A stretch of 4,519 nucleotides of DNA from a virus (lineage: Duplodnaviria; Heunggongvirae; Uroviricota; Caudoviricetes). The notes beneath the pieces are model-generated. The model was given only the letters and a program-made list of their open reading frames with translations, was not told the DNA's origin and made no database searches. Made by a program: the position numbers and the translations under genes. How positions within the stretch are numbered: the first letter of the stretch is position 1; each line of letters begins with the position of its first letter. The stretch lies in IMG/VR virus record IMGVR_UViG_2681813225_000011; one strand, 5' to 3'. Shown here piece after piece: positions 4,402 through 4,519 of this stretch.

Positions 4402-4519
4402 AGCCTGCTTCTCCTTGACCTTTCGGTCCGTAAGAGGCTAATCTCTATGTGTCGCATAGATATGGCCTCAGATTAATGTTAAGCGTCTTGCAGGACGCGT
4501 AATGTTAACTGGGGCTTTT

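Noticed and set aside
4402-4519. RelE C-terminus at the right edge (expected if the K-12 relBE-hokD arrangement holds)
   Set aside because: None of the three minus-strand frames entering from the right edge gives a RelE-like C-terminus before a stop. relBE, if present, lies beyond the window.
1-4519. CRISPR arrays, IS elements with terminal inverted repeats, integrase or att sites, lysis genes
   Set aside because: No regularly spaced direct repeats, no transposase-like ORF, no integrase, and no holin or endolysin-like ORF were found. The only repeats are short terminator-associated motifs.

Overview
The window reads as a segment of a lambdoid (Qin/DLP12-like) cryptic prophage from an E. coli-like enterobacterial genome, with every supportable gene on the minus strand. 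All family assignments are from motifs and remembered sequence similarity; no database search was run. From high to low coordinates: (1) a Hok-family toxin gene, most likely hokD/relF (51 aa, below the ORF-track size cutoff); (2) a Doc-family toxin gene (HPFANANKR motif) preceded by an unlisted 59-aa ORF that is the obvious antitoxin candidate but resembles no antitoxin family I recognise, with a palindromic operator-like site upstream and a hairpin terminator downstream; (3) a 57-aa ORF with its own promoter and strong RBS; (4) three translationally coupled nin-region genes: a 199-aa protein (possibly DUF1367), a YbcO-like Cys-rich protein, and a QuuD-type Q antiterminator; (5) a near-consensus sigma70 promoter overlapping the Q stop codon and a terminator about 60-80 nt downstream, i.e. 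a PR'/tR'-like late control module; (6) an ORF6N antirepressor-like gene in the position where lysis or cargo genes normally sit; (7) a tRNA(CAU)-like sequence with intact D, anticodon and T arms but an unpaired acceptor stem, flanked by terminators; (8) a hairpin-rich non-coding left end with a plus-strand terminator. The strongest candidate for an undescribed system is the Doc toxin plus its unrecognised 59-aa partner, sitting as a cassette between hokD and the nin genes. No lysis genes, integrase, IS elements or CRISPR array are visible.
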